This document shows positions 10,819 to 24,185 of a stretch of DNA of 64,000 nt, piece by piece. The stretch spans positions 496,001 through 560,000 of the forward strand of contig NW_027191465.1 in NCBI RefSeq assembly GCF_011745625.1. The letters run 5' to 3'. Below the pieces are notes generated by a model, which was given only the letters and a program-made list of their open reading frames with translations, ran no database searches and had not been told where the DNA came from. The position numbers and the translations under genes were made by a program. Numbering within the stretch: position 1 is the first letter of the stretch; each line of letters starts with the position of its first letter. This DNA comes from Cladosporium halotolerans. Its lineage: Eukaryota.

Positions 10819-11940
10819 ATGTACTCCCGTGCCACCACTGCAGCATCTCGTCTCACCAATTTGAGCACACAGATCTCCAAACCTAGAACTTTAGCAACCA
10901 CCAGCACAGCCGCCACAATGACCGACACCTCCAAGTACAAGTTTAACCACTCGATGCTGCGGGTGAAAGACCCCAAGGCCAGCGTCAAGTTCTACGAGCA
11001 CCTGGGCATGTCCATCGTGGAGCAGAAGAAGTTCCCCGACAACAAGTTCGACCTTTACTTCCTTGCCTACAACTCGCCCAAAGCCGCCTCGGCGGGCAAT
11101 CACTGGAGCGACCGCGAGGGCATCATCGAGCTGACGCACAACTACGGCACCGAGGACGACCCCAACTACAAGGTCGCCAACGGCAACAAGGAGCCCGGCA
11201 AGGGCTTCGGCCATGTGTGCATCAGCGTCGACAACATCCAGGCCGCGTGCAAGCGCATCAGCGACGCGGGCTACAAGTTCCAGAAGCGGCTTGAGGACGG
11301 CCGCATGCGCAGCATTGCCTTCGCGCTCGACCCGGACGAGTACTGGGTTGAAATTATTGCGCAGAATCCCGTCAGCGAAACGGAGAATGTGACGACGACT
11401 GACGTCGGCACCTACCGCATGAACCACACCATGATTCGCGTCAAGGACAAGGATGTCTCCGTCAAGTTCTACGAAGACGTCATGGGCATGAACCTCAAGC
11501 GTGTTTCTGAGAACAAGGACGCCCAGTTCAACCTCTACTTCTTTGGCTACGGCCCGCCCGCGCCTGAGCAGAGCGCTAACGGCGTCAACCCGGTGGCGGA
11601 CCGTGAGGGTCTGCTGGAGCTGACCTGGAACTACGGCACTGAGAAGGAAGAGGGCCAGGTCTACCACAACGGCAACACCGAGCCTCAGGGCTTCGGCCAC
11701 ATCTGTGTGTCGGTCGACAACCTCGAGGCGGCTTGCAAGAGGTTCGAGGAGAAGGGTGTGCAGTGGAAGAAGAAGCTGACAGACGGAAGGATGAAGAACG
11801 TTGCTTTTGTTCTGGGTAAGACATATTTCACAGGCATAGCCATAGGCCCACATGTACTAACAAAGTTCGCAGACCCCGACAACTACTGGATTGAGGTCAT
11901 CCAGAACGAGAAGTACGGCGCGCCCCCGGGTGACTACTAA
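10819..11940 (+). CDS. GLO1: Lactoylglutathione lyase (glyoxalase I, two-domain); exons 10819-11815, 11873-11940; second in-frame ATG at 10918
   Basis: Duplicated NHSMLRVKD/NHTMIRVKD, ELTHNYGTE/ELTWNYGTE, GFGHxCxSVDN and DPDxYWxE motifs. Intron 11816-11872 (GTAAGA..CTAAC..CAG). Confidence 0.97.
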   Translation: MYSRATTAASRLTNLSTQISKPRTLATTSTAATMTDTSKYKFNHSMLRVKDPKASVKFYEHLGMSIVEQKKFPDNKFDLYFLAYNSPKAASAGNHWSDREGIIELTHNYGTEDDPNYKVANGNKEPGKGFGHVCISVDNIQAACKRISDAGYKFQKRLEDGRMRSIAFALDPDEYWVEIIAQNPVSETENVTTTDVGTYRMNHTMIRVKDKDVSVKFYEDVMGMNLKRVSENKDAQFNLYFFGYGPPAPEQSANGVNPVADREGLLELTWNYGTEKEEGQVYHNGNTEPQGFGHICVSVDNLEAACKRFEEKGVQWKKKLTDGRMKNVAFVLGKTYFTGIAIGPHVLTKFADPDNYWIEVIQNEKYGAPPGDY

Positions 11941-12057
11941 GAATGCTACGAAATCATGCACAACACTCAAAAGCGACGCTTGATTGATTCATAACCCCGT
12001 ACATAATGTCAAATCATTCATCGTCCAGATCGTCTATCGCTTATTGCTCTTAAAGCA

Positions 12058-13291
12058 TCATCTGCGTGCGTAGATATCCGCAGACTCTTGTGGTCCACCG
12101 CCGTTGGAGTACGGTCCGAAGTCAGGCTTGCCACCAAGGGTGCCGTAGATGCTAGAACCAGGGTCAGCGCAATCCCTCTTAACAGATTCAGTTCTCAGCC
12201 ACATCAACTTACTCTCCAATATAGTTCGTAGCATTCACGCCCTGCGCGAAAGTAGAGTTCCAGCCGTCCAAAATCCCCTCAATCACCTTGATGCCCGCAC
12301 GGTAGATGTTCTCCACCGCCGGCGCGAAACCGCCTTGCTCAGCATAGAACAAGTTCGTCGTCGCCGAGCCCCCAATCGAAGGACGATCGAAATTCGACCC
12401 AGTACGCATGACAATCACGCGAGCGAAATCAACGATCTTCGAGCCCGCGGCTCGCAGCAGCGCCTCGAGCACGGCGTTATCCTCCTGCGCCGTCGTGCAG
12501 TAGACGCCGGTGCCGTTCGTGACAAGGCTGGTGTAGTTGTCGAATGCCTCGCCGAGCAAGCGGCCGCTGTAGTAGACGTCGGAGGTGGCGACGTCGCACT
12601 CGAAGACGGCAGGCGTCTGGCGGGCGGCGGCGTAGAGTTCGGAGACGTAGTTCGCGCGGTAGGAGACGGCTTGCGAGCTGTCGTTCAGGGAGGCGCTGCG
12701 GGCGAAGTTGGCGGCGAGCTTTTGGAGGGGTTGGGAGATTTCGAAGACTTCGGTACCGTAGATTGATTGAGGGTACTCGGTGGGAGAGGTGCTCCCGATC
12801 GGAATGTAGCCTGTGCTATAGTTGCCGGGCAGGTCGCGGATGTCAAACTCGTGCTGTAGAGCGACTTGGATGGCGTAGCGGGCGAAGGTGACGGAGCCGA
12901 TTGTTGCGACTTCGGGGTTGATGCCCGCGATTCCGGCGGTGAGGAAGTAGGTCTGCGAGAGGTCGAAGCGAGAGCTGTGCATCAACGAGCCGACGGTGAG
13001 GGCAGAGTTGATCTCGCCCATTGAGGTCGTGAGCTGGCAGATCTCTCCATCGGCCGTGCAATGAGCATCCGGGAATTGAGCGCTGAATCCAGGCACCGTG
13101 ACGTTCATGGCCAAAAGGTCGAATTCCGGGATGCCATACCAGACCGCCGCTTCAGGCGCGAAGAGCGAGATGATGAATACCTTCGGTTTGATCACACATT
13201 CCAAAGTCCTCTCTTGAACCGAAGAAGCAGGCACCAGAGCCGCAGCAGCCATTGAGGCGAGCCCGAGCGCGGCCGGAAGAAGAAACGGCAT
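12058..13291 (-). CDS. NUP ('purine nucleoside permease') family protein with signal peptide; exons 13291-12213, 12151-12058
   Basis: Motifs PKVFIISLFAPEA, YFLTAGIAGINP, YCTTAQEDNA, MRTGSNFDRP and NYIGD-IYGTLGG. Intron 12152-12212 (GTAAGT..CTGAC..TAG). Confidence 0.9.
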
Positions 13292-14020
13292 GTTGACGAT
13301 CTCACTTAACAGCAGAAGGAGGAAAGATGAGAAGATGGACTGTATACTCACCGTTCAAAACTACCATACTTCTTATATGTACACTATCAACGACTGCCCG
13401 TGCTTGTAGTGGCTTGGGAAGCTCCAAACTCAATCTTTGCGGTATCCAAAGTCGTTGTCGGCTGCCGCCTGAAGCTCGGATGAAGAGATAAAAGCATCCA
13501 CAATTGCTTGTGCAAGTGTCCGTGCACTTTTGTCATACCTCCAATAACTGTGACCAAGCGAGAGATATCGGTAAGGAAAAGCTTGGATGGCCAAGGCATG
13601 GCCAAGCACGTATTGCCGGCTTGTTGCATAAGATTTCATTTCGTGTATGATAGCTCATGCCTGGCTCGTGGTTGTTGTGGGTTATGCTTCTGTGTAGCCA
13701 GAGAGATTGTTGAGGGCCTTGGCAATATCAACGAGGATGACTGAGGGTATGCCAAGTCGGTTGTTCGGTTGCATTGCTTGTATGCAACTTCACGAAGGAT
13801 TGTGTTTCGATTTCTAGGATAGATGCAATTCCATGACGCCTGACGGAACGCCATGCAGTGACATAGTTGCGAACCCAATGCTGGGGACTTTTGAAGATGT
13901 GTACACCGAGAGCAAAACGATGCATCCGCTTGATGGACCGCTGGACGATGTACAAAACCAGCAAAAGGGTATAAACAAAAGACACGCAGCCAACCAAGCA
14001 ACCCTTACGCCATCAATTCA

Positions 14021-16190
14021 TCAATCATACCCGCCCCAAGTGAGACTTTTCCCCTCGCAAAGAACGCCCCGCTGCCTAGCCAAAAACACAATCACAAAAT
14101 GCAGCCCCAACAGCATCCAAGAACGCTGCCAATGAAACGGCAAGATCCCCATATCGAGGGCCGCCAAAGCGAGAAGAGGATAGAGGAACCAGGCGCTCGC
14201 GGCGAAAGGCGCGCAAGGGAGGAAGAGCGCCGTGAGTTTTGCAAAGAAGAGGGCGGCGCGGAATGACGGCGCTGTTGCGGGGTGGTGGAGGGTGTGATGG
14301 AGGTAGTGGGCGAGTCGCATTGCGAGAGATTGGTTAGGGATTGGTGGTGGGAGCATAAGTCGAGGGCTTTGCTGCGGTGATGCGACTTCGGGGCGTGGAG
14401 TTGGTAGGTCGATATGTTTGGGTCGAACGACCACGGCCGAGTCGGCGCTGCCGGGACGGCCGCTCTCTTTGCCGTTGTAAGTTGTTTGTCGCTTGACTGG
14501 TGATGGTGAACGAGCGACTTGCTTGTCGCTTGAGCTGGACTGCCGGTGACGTAGATTCGACAGGCCGGGTCTGCTGAGTATTGCTGAAGGGCGGCGTGGA
14601 GAGGGTGTTGCGCGTGGTGAATCAATGGGCGATACTCGCGAGGTGCCTTCTCCTGCCATACCGGGAAAGATGTCGTTTGACACGCCACCTGCCTGGATCG
14701 ATGCTAGGATCTCTTCCGTGCTGGGTCGTTCATGCGGGTCGACAGAAAGGAGTCGCCTCAAGTATTTGTACAGTCTTTCAGGTAGGTCAGGTCGCATGCG
14801 AGTCTCGTCGCTGAAGCCAGGCCATGCAGTGATCTCCGCCCGCAGTAGATCCAAATCTTCGTTGTCCTCGTCAATGCCGTCAGCGTTAGTGTATGGCAAT
14901 CGACCAAAGCACATGAAATACACGATCATGCCCAAAGAGAAGATGTCGCTTTTTGTGGTGAAGTCTCCAAACACTCCATCCGCCTCATTGTGCCGGAGCA
15001 CTTCAGGAGCGCAGTAAGAAATTGTTCCAGTTGCACCTGTGTTTCCTCGCTTCGACCCAGTGATTTGCATCTCGCCGAAATCTGAGATCATGGCCTTGGT
15101 CCTAGTGCCATCACCTTGCAAAAGACAATTAGACGGCTTCAGATCTCGGTGAATGTACCCCTTCGAATGGAGATGATGCAGTCCAGAAGTGATGTCCCGG
15201 AAGAACGAGAAGATCTCGTCGAAAGTAAGCTTGCTGGGTCCTCTCAACCCTCTAGGCGGTGACGCATCGCCTCGCGAACGCCTCCGCATGCGCTCTTTCA
15301 GCTTCTCCTTGGAGTCCGACCGCTCTTTGGGTCCAAGAACGTAGTTGTGCAAATCGCCTCCGTTACAGTACTCCTGCAGAATCCACAAGCAAGGCACCGG
15401 CGGGCCGAAAGTCGTCGGGTGGTGATCCTCCAGCCAGACCCAGTAGCACGGCACCAGATTCGGATGCGACGTCTGCCGCAGCAGATTGACCTCGATGAGC
15501 ACCTTCTCCAACCAGGCGTGGTCGTTTCCCACAGGAACCCGTTTGCAAGCAAAATGCCCCAGCCCAACATCGTCCATGATGTGCTCAACGAGCAGCACCA
15601 CGCCATTACCCCCACGCCCAAGAACCCCCTGCTCGCGGAAATGCTGCTTGAAGTAACCCGGGTTGAAAGCCGAACTACTGATGCCCCTCCCCCTCGCAGG
15701 CGTCGGCTCGCTAGCGACAAACTCCGCCCCCGAAGGCGGGCCCCCAGCACCGCTCACGTCCCTCGACCGGCCAGAGCGCAAAGCCGCTCGGCGCGCAGTC
15801 GGCGTCCCTGGCTCCGAGCTCGCGGGCGAAGGCCTCGTGCTCGCGGCCAGCATGGCGAAGTAGTTGGGGTCGAGAGACGGGCGCTCTTCGCCGCCGAAAC
15901 CCGTGCCGTACGCATGGTGCCCGTCGTCGGTGTCAGGGTCGCTACGCTCGTAGTCGCGGCCGTAAGGGCGGCGGCAATAGGGGCATTCGTGGAGGTCTAT
16001 GGGCGTCTCGGGCGGCGCGTCGCGGAGCATGAGCTCGCGCGAGGTGTTGTCGTAGACCACGACGGCATTGCCTCGGCGTCTGGGAGGAGGTGAGTTAGCA
16101 TACTGACGGGCTCAAGTACATTTGCAGCAACGGCTGAGCGTACAGAACGATATCTCTGTTCTCATCGTTGGTGTATGGGATCAGTGACAT
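14021..16190 (-). CDS. IKS1: IKS1-like Ser/Thr protein kinase with C-terminal hydrophobic helices; exons 16190-16144, 16079-14021
   Basis: Motifs LGRGGNGVV, FACKRVPVG, HRDLKPSN, SDFGE and GTISYCAPE. N-terminus MSLIPY..DIVLRRGNAVVVYD is formed by intron 16080-16143. Confidence 0.9.
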
Positions 16191-16866
16191 TTGGCGTTGT
16201 GGCGTGTGGTCAGCCATGCTTGCTTATAAGGTATGCGCATGCTCCAGTGGCGGTGAGCAGGGCAAACACGACAGCAGGGGTTGATGTGTTTGTTTTATGA
16301 AGAACGATCTGATGTGGCATGGATCGGTTCTGCGAGTATCATCGCGTTTTACAAAAAACAATGTGGCTTCGTTGATTGTTTGTTGCTCTTGCACAAGCGT
16401 AGCGTTTGTCAGGCAGGCAATGTCTCGGGTTGATGTTTGGAGGTCACACAGCTGTCCCGCTCAAGTCGTGCCCGCACTTGGTTGCTGAAGCTGGGGCGAA
16501 CCAAATTTGGGGCAGTCAGCTCGTGGATATGTGAAGACACCAGATACTGAACAATTTGACGGAGGCGAGATGCACCATCAACTGAGAAGTCATTAAGCCT
16601 TTTTGAAATATATGTACACGTACACGAAGCCCGCCGATCTGCCACGGCAGCAGCCCCAGGTCTAGTCTGTGAGTTTCTATGACCATGTTTCCTGCCAAAG
16701 AGGAGAGAGCCAGAAGAATGCGCAACCCGAGGTGTTCCCTCGCGCAAAACAGAAAGCCACGCCCGCTATGCATCGCACCCCGTATCAATACAAAACAACA
16801 TGCTATGCCACGCATGGCGAGCAGCACCGGCCAAAACCAAGCGGCCAGAAAGCGACGTCCACCGCT

Positions 16867-17492
16867 CTACGCCGCGGCAGGCAGACGTCCCTCGCTGCCC
16901 TCACTGGGAGGAGGCGGGGGCATCTCGAGCTTCGTGTTCTCGGCCATCATCCTCTGGAAACCGATACCGACACCCTCAATGACGGCCAGCAGGACGGCGC
17001 AGCCGATGGCACCGTTGCGAATGGCTTTGGGACCGCCACGGACGGCGAGGGCACCACCGGTGAAGAAGCCGGCGATGATGGCGTTCCAGGGATCCTCCTT
17101 CTTGCGCATGCCCTTGACCGCGCAGTCGAATGTGCTGAACATGCCGCCCCAGACGCCGAAGTTGCCGCCGAGCACGGGTGCGCGTGCCTTGATGGCTGTG
17201 ATGGCTGCAGAGACGCATTAGTATCGCGGAATACAGTCATCATCGCACCCATTCTCCGGTTGACGTACCTCCTATTCTCCTCTCGCCGTACGGGCTGTTT
17301 CTGTATCCCTTAACACCGTGCCATACTGCTCCGCCGATTGCCTGTCGCATATGTCAGATGTCTGTCTCCTTTTTCCCTTCAATCGCATCCAGGTGTTCAA
17401 CATACGCCCATGCAAAAAGCACCACCGAAATCTGAAAGCGCGACCCAAGGGCAGGGATCTCTCGAGTGGTCCAGACCGTGTCCCTCGGCCAT
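16867..17492 (-). CDS. TIM17: Mitochondrial import translocase subunit Tim17; exons 17492-17406, 17341-17269, 17204-16867
   Basis: Motifs [36 protein letters not shown] and [25 protein letters not shown]. Two canonical 64-nt introns. Confidence 0.97.
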
Positions 17493-17918
17493 TGTGAAGT
17501 GTGTATCGTAAAAAGTAGGTGTGGGCGGGTCAGGTGTCGCTAATCGGAGTCGCAACTATCCAAGATCCAGACAGAGCGAGGAGGTCGTGTGCGCGGCGAT
17601 GGAAGGCGAGATGGGGAAGATGAAGCAGGAATGGCGGGGCGGAGAGAGGGTTTCGTTGGTTTTTCCTACACACGAGACTGGATGATGATCGCATGCATCC
17701 CGACTTGCGCCCCCAGAGCAAAGCAACCTTTGCACTTTGCGCTGCTTCCGCGCTCGGGCCAGTCAGCCACCAGCGAGCCCGCTTCCCGACCTTCTCCGCA
17801 ACTCTAACCAGTCGCCGGCCTGCCATTCGTCCACCGCGCGACAATACCGCCGGCCCAGACATACCGACCGCCAACACCCCTCGCCACGATCCCCAACCCG
17901 GCCTGCAGCGAGACGAAC

Positions 17919-19103
17919 ATGTCTCGCGCCGCGCAGTCGAAGCCCGCGCCGGCCGTCAAACGCCCTGGCGGCGGCGGCGGCAGCGGCGGCGACGCAGCAG
18001 ACGGCGGGCGACTGCACGACGACCTGTCGTCGCTGCGCGTCGCCGACCCGGCGACAGAGTCCTGCCCGGTGTGCAAGAGCTCGCGCTACCTGAACGCCAA
18101 CCTGCGCTTCCTCGTCAACCCGGAATGCTACCACAAGATGTGCGAGTCCTGCGTGGACCGCATCTTCTCGCACGGGCCGGCGCAGTGTCCGCTGCCAGGT
18201 TGCAAGCGGACGCTGCGCAAGCATAGGTTCCGCGTGCAGACGTTCGAGGACATCAAGGTCGAGCGCGAGGTGGACATCCGGAAGAGGGTGGCGCTGGTGT
18301 TCAACAAGCGGGAGGAGGACTTTGAGGACTTGAGGGCGTACAACGACTACTTGAACGATGTGGAGGACATCACTTTCAACTTGGTGGAGGGGATCGATGT
18401 GGAGAAGTCGAATCAGCGCCTGGAGTCTTACCGGTCGCTTCATGCGGACGAGATCGCGGCGAATCAGCACTTGGCTCAGGAAGAGAAGATGTCATACAAG
18501 GAGCTGCAGAAGCAGGAGAGGCAACAGGCAAAGCTACGGCGCGAGGCGGCCCACAGGGAAGAAGAGGAGGAACGACGAGAGGCTGCGGAGACCAAGCGCG
18601 ATATGCTGAACCGCCTCGCTATGGGCACAGAGGACGCCGAGACTGTTGCGAAGGAGGGCCAGCAGGTGCAACTAAAGCGTCGCATGGACCGCCAGGCCGC
18701 AGCGGAGCGCCAGAGACAACTACAGGCAGCATCGGACATGAACAACGGCAGCTCAAACTTGGTCATTAAAGGTCTCAAGTCGCGCAAAGCGCCAGAGCCC
18801 GAGGCGCCCATCGATCCTTTTGGCGGCCTCAGCTTCGAAGGACGGCAGTACTACAACTTGCAAGACGAATACACTTGGGAGGTCATTCAGAACCCGAAGA
18901 AGGACAAGGTCGTCCGCGCCGGTGGCTACGATGTCATGGAACAGTTTGGCGGCCGAGCACTGTGCGAAGCCTTCTCTGGACTGGGTGTCTTCGTGGCAGA
19001 CGAGACTTCAGAGGGTGTGAAGGGCGAGCAGGATGAGCGCGTGGCAGGCACCCGACGGGCAGAGGTAGGCGCCAAAGATGTGAAGATGGAAGACCCGTTC
19101 TGA
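17919..19103 (+). CDS. TFB3: TFIIH/CAK assembly factor MAT1 (RING)
   Basis: RING motif CPVCKSSRYLN..ECYHKMCESCVDRIF..CP..C, followed by FEDIKVEREVDIRKRV and YNDYL. Confidence 0.95.
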   Translation: MSRAAQSKPAPAVKRPGGGGGSGGDAADGGRLHDDLSSLRVADPATESCPVCKSSRYLNANLRFLVNPECYHKMCESCVDRIFSHGPAQCPLPGCKRTLRKHRFRVQTFEDIKVEREVDIRKRVALVFNKREEDFEDLRAYNDYLNDVEDITFNLVEGIDVEKSNQRLESYRSLHADEIAANQHLAQEEKMSYKELQKQERQQAKLRREAAHREEEEERREAAETKRDMLNRLAMGTEDAETVAKEGQQVQLKRRMDRQAAAERQRQLQAASDMNNGSSNLVIKGLKSRKAPEPEAPIDPFGGLSFEGRQYYNLQDEYTWEVIQNPKKDKVVRAGGYDVMEQFGGRALCEAFSGLGVFVADETSEGVKGEQDERVAGTRRAEVGAKDVKMEDPF

Positions 19104-20068
19104 TGACGGAGTCGGAACGTTGTGATTATTAGCGGCATTTTGTTTGGCGTTCTAGGGACGATACCCGCGGGTTGTACGATTAGGGCAGCGGTGCTTGAGC
19201 TTGAGATGCATAAGCATCAGCATAAATCTGGATAGAGAGAGAAAAGCAGCCGATACATGTATAAGAATAGCATGGAGCCAATCGTTGCTGCATGTTTGCA
19301 AAGCACGATCTGCATAAGTATCAGATTCTCTTCGATTCTCGATTCCTCGCGGTCACGGCGCCACCACGGCCACCTGTGTAAGGCTGTGCCTCTCGGGCGG
19401 TACTCAACCCGATTCTGCCTGCGTCATGTTTGTCCGCCCTAAAGCCCTGCCGTCTCTCCAACCGTGAATTTGTAACAGGGTTGACAGGCAGGTCATAGTC
19501 TCCACATGCACAGTTGCAGAAACGGTTGGTCGGTTCGCTCCGGCGGCTGGATAGAGACCGAGCGGATGGAATCTGGCTGCGGCAGTGGCGCAGCGGATCC
19601 TCCGAGCCGAGCAATCCTTGGCCGCGATACAGCCCTGTCATTGGGTCTTGTCGCGTGCTCCTCTGATGGAGCTCCTAATTTCGCAGGGAATGTTGCGACC
19701 TTGACCGAAGAGGCAGCGTCTGACATGGAGAGTTTGCCTTGCAGTGGTCGCAGCACCGATCATGCCACGGTGGTCACGCCAGAGCGGGGTGACAGTCGTG
19801 ACAACCGTTGGTCCCCAAAGTGATCGCCAGGCACGGGGCGATCGTGGAGCCAGTCTCGGTGCCAAAACAAACTTGCCGTTTGGCGTCATAGCATCCGCTC
19901 GTATCCGTGAGTGCCACTGAGAGCAGGCCGAGTCGCGTGAGGGCGAAGCATAATTAGGGCGGGCGATGCACCTGGCGCTCCTTTGGCGCATCCTTCAATC
20001 ACTCTTCTTAATATCAGCCTCGCCCGCAGGCTTTCTCCTTGTGTTACGGGTATCATAATTCTCTCACT

Positions 20069-22185
20069 ATGAAGCATCAGACTCTGCTCTCAGGGGCTGC
20101 CGTGCTGGGTTCGGCCTCGGGTATGTTTTGTGATCACGGAAACCAGGAGGTTCTGTGCCACAGCTGACATTCGCGAAACAGCGTCGCCTGCGTACCACCC
20201 TAGTGTTCAGGACGGAATCGCGTTCGCCGCCTCAGGCCTCGTGGAGCGCGCATTGCCCGCCAACGCGCCACACGGATATGTCCCGCAGACAAACCCGTGC
20301 CCCTCCAACACACCTTCTATTCGCAATGCGACAGACCTCTCATCCCAGGAGAAGGACTGGCTCGAAGTGCGACGCAACGCGACTGTGCAGCCCATGCGCG
20401 ATCTCCTTGGGCGCATGAACATCACCGGTCTTGACACCAACAGATACATCGACGACAACCAGAACAATGCCAGCGCACTCCCCAACATCGGCATCGCATT
20501 TTCCGGTGGCGGCTACCGCGCCATGTTGAACGGCGCCGGCCACGTGCAAGCCTGGGACAGCAGGACCGAGAACTCGACGAACAGTGGACAGTTGGGTGGC
20601 TTGCTGCAGTCAAGCACCTACATCGCCGGTCTCTCGGGTGGCAGCTGGCTGGTCGGCTCGTTGTACACGAACAACTTTTCTTCCGTCTCCGACATTCTTT
20701 CCTACAGCGGTGACGGCTCTTCTTTGTGGCAATTTGAGAACTCTATCTTCGAAGGCCCTGACTCTGGATCCATTCAGATTCTTGACTCTGTGGACTACTA
20801 CAGTAGCATCCGAGACTCTGTGGAAAACAAGCAGGATGCTGGCTTTGACACGACCCTCACCGACTACTGGGGTCGTGCTCTGTCCTACCAGCTGATCAAC
20901 GCCACTGGTGGAGGCCCTGAATACACCTTCTCTAGCATTGCCCGCCAGCAATGGTTCCAGGACGGCGAGGCGCCGCTGCCCCTCATCGTCGCCGACGGCA
21001 GGGCTCCCGGTGAGCTCCTGATCGCTTCCAACACCACCGTTTACACCTTCAACCCATGGGAGATGGGCTCCCACGACCCGACCGTGTTCGGCTTCGCACC
21101 CCTGCAGTATGTCGGCACAAACTTCTCTGCTGGTTCTCCCATCGACAATGACAGGTGTGTCACCGGCTTCGACAGCGCCAGCTTCGTTATGGGAACTAGC
21201 AGTTCCCTCTTCAACCAAGGCCTGCTCCTGGTCAACAACTCCGAGACTAGCGGTGCCTTCCAAGACGCTCTGCAGTCCGTCCTTGAATCCGCCCTCTCAG
21301 CCGTCGGCGAAGCAGACAACGATATCGCTGACTGGGTCAATCCGTTCTACCACTACAATAATGACACGAACCCCAACGCCGAGAGCCGCCAACTCACTCT
21401 CGTCGACGGCGGAGAGGTATGTCTCCTCACACTTCACTTTCCACCCTTCAAAATTCAGACACTAACAACTCTACCAGGACCTTCAAAACATTCCCCTCAA
21501 CCCGCTCATCCAACCTGAGCGCGCCATCGACGTAATCTTCGCCATCGACTCCTCCGCTGATACAAACGAAACATGGCCTACTGCCGACTCAGGTTCCGGA
21601 TGGCCCAATGGCGCATCCCTCGAAGCCACCTACCGGCGCTCCCTCAACCCCATCCAAAACGACACCGCCTTCCCCAGCATTCCCAGCGTAACCACCTTCG
21701 CCAACCTCGGGCTGAACTCCCGCCCGACCTTCTTCGGCTGCGACTCCAGCAACTTCACCAACGCCTCCAACATCCCGCCGCTGATCGTCTACCTCCCCAA
21801 CGCGCCCTACGTCTACAACTCCAACGTCAGCACCTTCGACCCGGCCTACAACGTCACCGAGCGCGACGCCATCGTCCTCAACGGCTACTACTCTGCCACA
21901 CAGGCCAACGGCACGCTCGGCGACAACAGCTGGCCCACGTGCGTCGGCTGCGCGATCCTGTCGCGCTCGCTGGACAGGACGGGCACGGAGGTCCCGGAGG
22001 TGTGCAGTCAGTGTTTCCAGGAGTACTGCTGGGATGGCACCATCGCACAGGGGCCGCTGAGCGATTACGACCCGACTTACAAGGTGCCTGACGAGGAGGT
22101 GAGCGTTACTGGTGGCGCGGGCAGGCTGGGGGCTTATGGTGCGGTGGTTGTTGGCTTGGTTGTGGGAATTGTGAACTTGATCTAA
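20069..22185 (+). CDS. PLB1: Lysophospholipase / phospholipase B, secreted and probably GPI-anchored; exons 20069-20120, 20182-21416, 21478-22185
   Basis: Signal peptide, catalytic motifs [13 protein letters not shown] and LVDGGE|DLQNIP, and a hydrophobic C-terminus. Two 61-nt GT-AG introns. Confidence 0.95.
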
Positions 22186-22598
22186 GCGTGTCTTCTTCGA
22201 AGTTTGTTTCTTTTATCTTTTCTTGTTAATTTAGGATAACCAAGCTTTGCTTTTCTGTCCAGCGTTTGTCCTTTGCGTTGAGTTTCCAGCAGCGTCATGC
22301 TTAAATCCTTATATCGGGCCAAGCTATATCGTTATGATGATGCTGCGTTTTTCTTGTGCATGCAGGCTCGCCTTGGTGGGCGTCAAATTCGTATTCGGCA
22401 AGCGAGCTGATACAAGAAACCAAAACTGACATGCTGTACCATCTGGCCGATACTCATTGTTTAGTGGAGAATACCGTACTTCTATGCCTATGCCGAAAAC
22501 GCTTTTCCCGTATGCCATCCCATCCAATCCCATCTCTCGTCAGTCATTACTCAGAACCTCATGAGCCCTCCTTCTCTCCTTCGGCTCAAATCTACTCA

Positions 22599-23817
<1,219 letters not shown>

Positions 23818-24185
23818 TCAGTTTGAGGACGAGGTGGGATGTGTTTTGGTGTTTTGTCAGGGTCCTTGCCTGATGACGTGCATGCAGATCACTTCAAACG
23901 CCGATTGAGAGCTGGACACCCAGAACGAATAGACATATCTGGATAATTACAGCACCGGCGACAATGAAGTTCTTATGATATTACGTTTTTCAACAAAATC
24001 TGCGATACTTCATTGCCCGCCTTATCTGGAGCAGAAGCAATTGGAGGTGAAACTCTAAGCATTCAGCTAGCAGAGCATGGTCTATCTGAAAGGTCTTTAT
24101 GTAAATAAAGTGGTATCCATTGATCCCATCATTCATCATACGCTCACACCTTTACACGCGTCCCTTGCACATTTGATATTTCCCT

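Noticed and set aside
10891..11853. Long antisense ORFs over GLO1 (also 32409-33755 over SUP35, 37425-38522 over HECT, 53646-54830 over GH3)
   Set aside because: Shadow ORFs expected from strong C/G third-position bias on the sense strand; no independent motifs.
19257..20060. Short ORFs in intergenic regions (also 13390-14000, 42070-42920, 51000-52900)
   Set aside because: No codon bias, splice structure or recognisable motifs; most likely promoter/UTR sequence.
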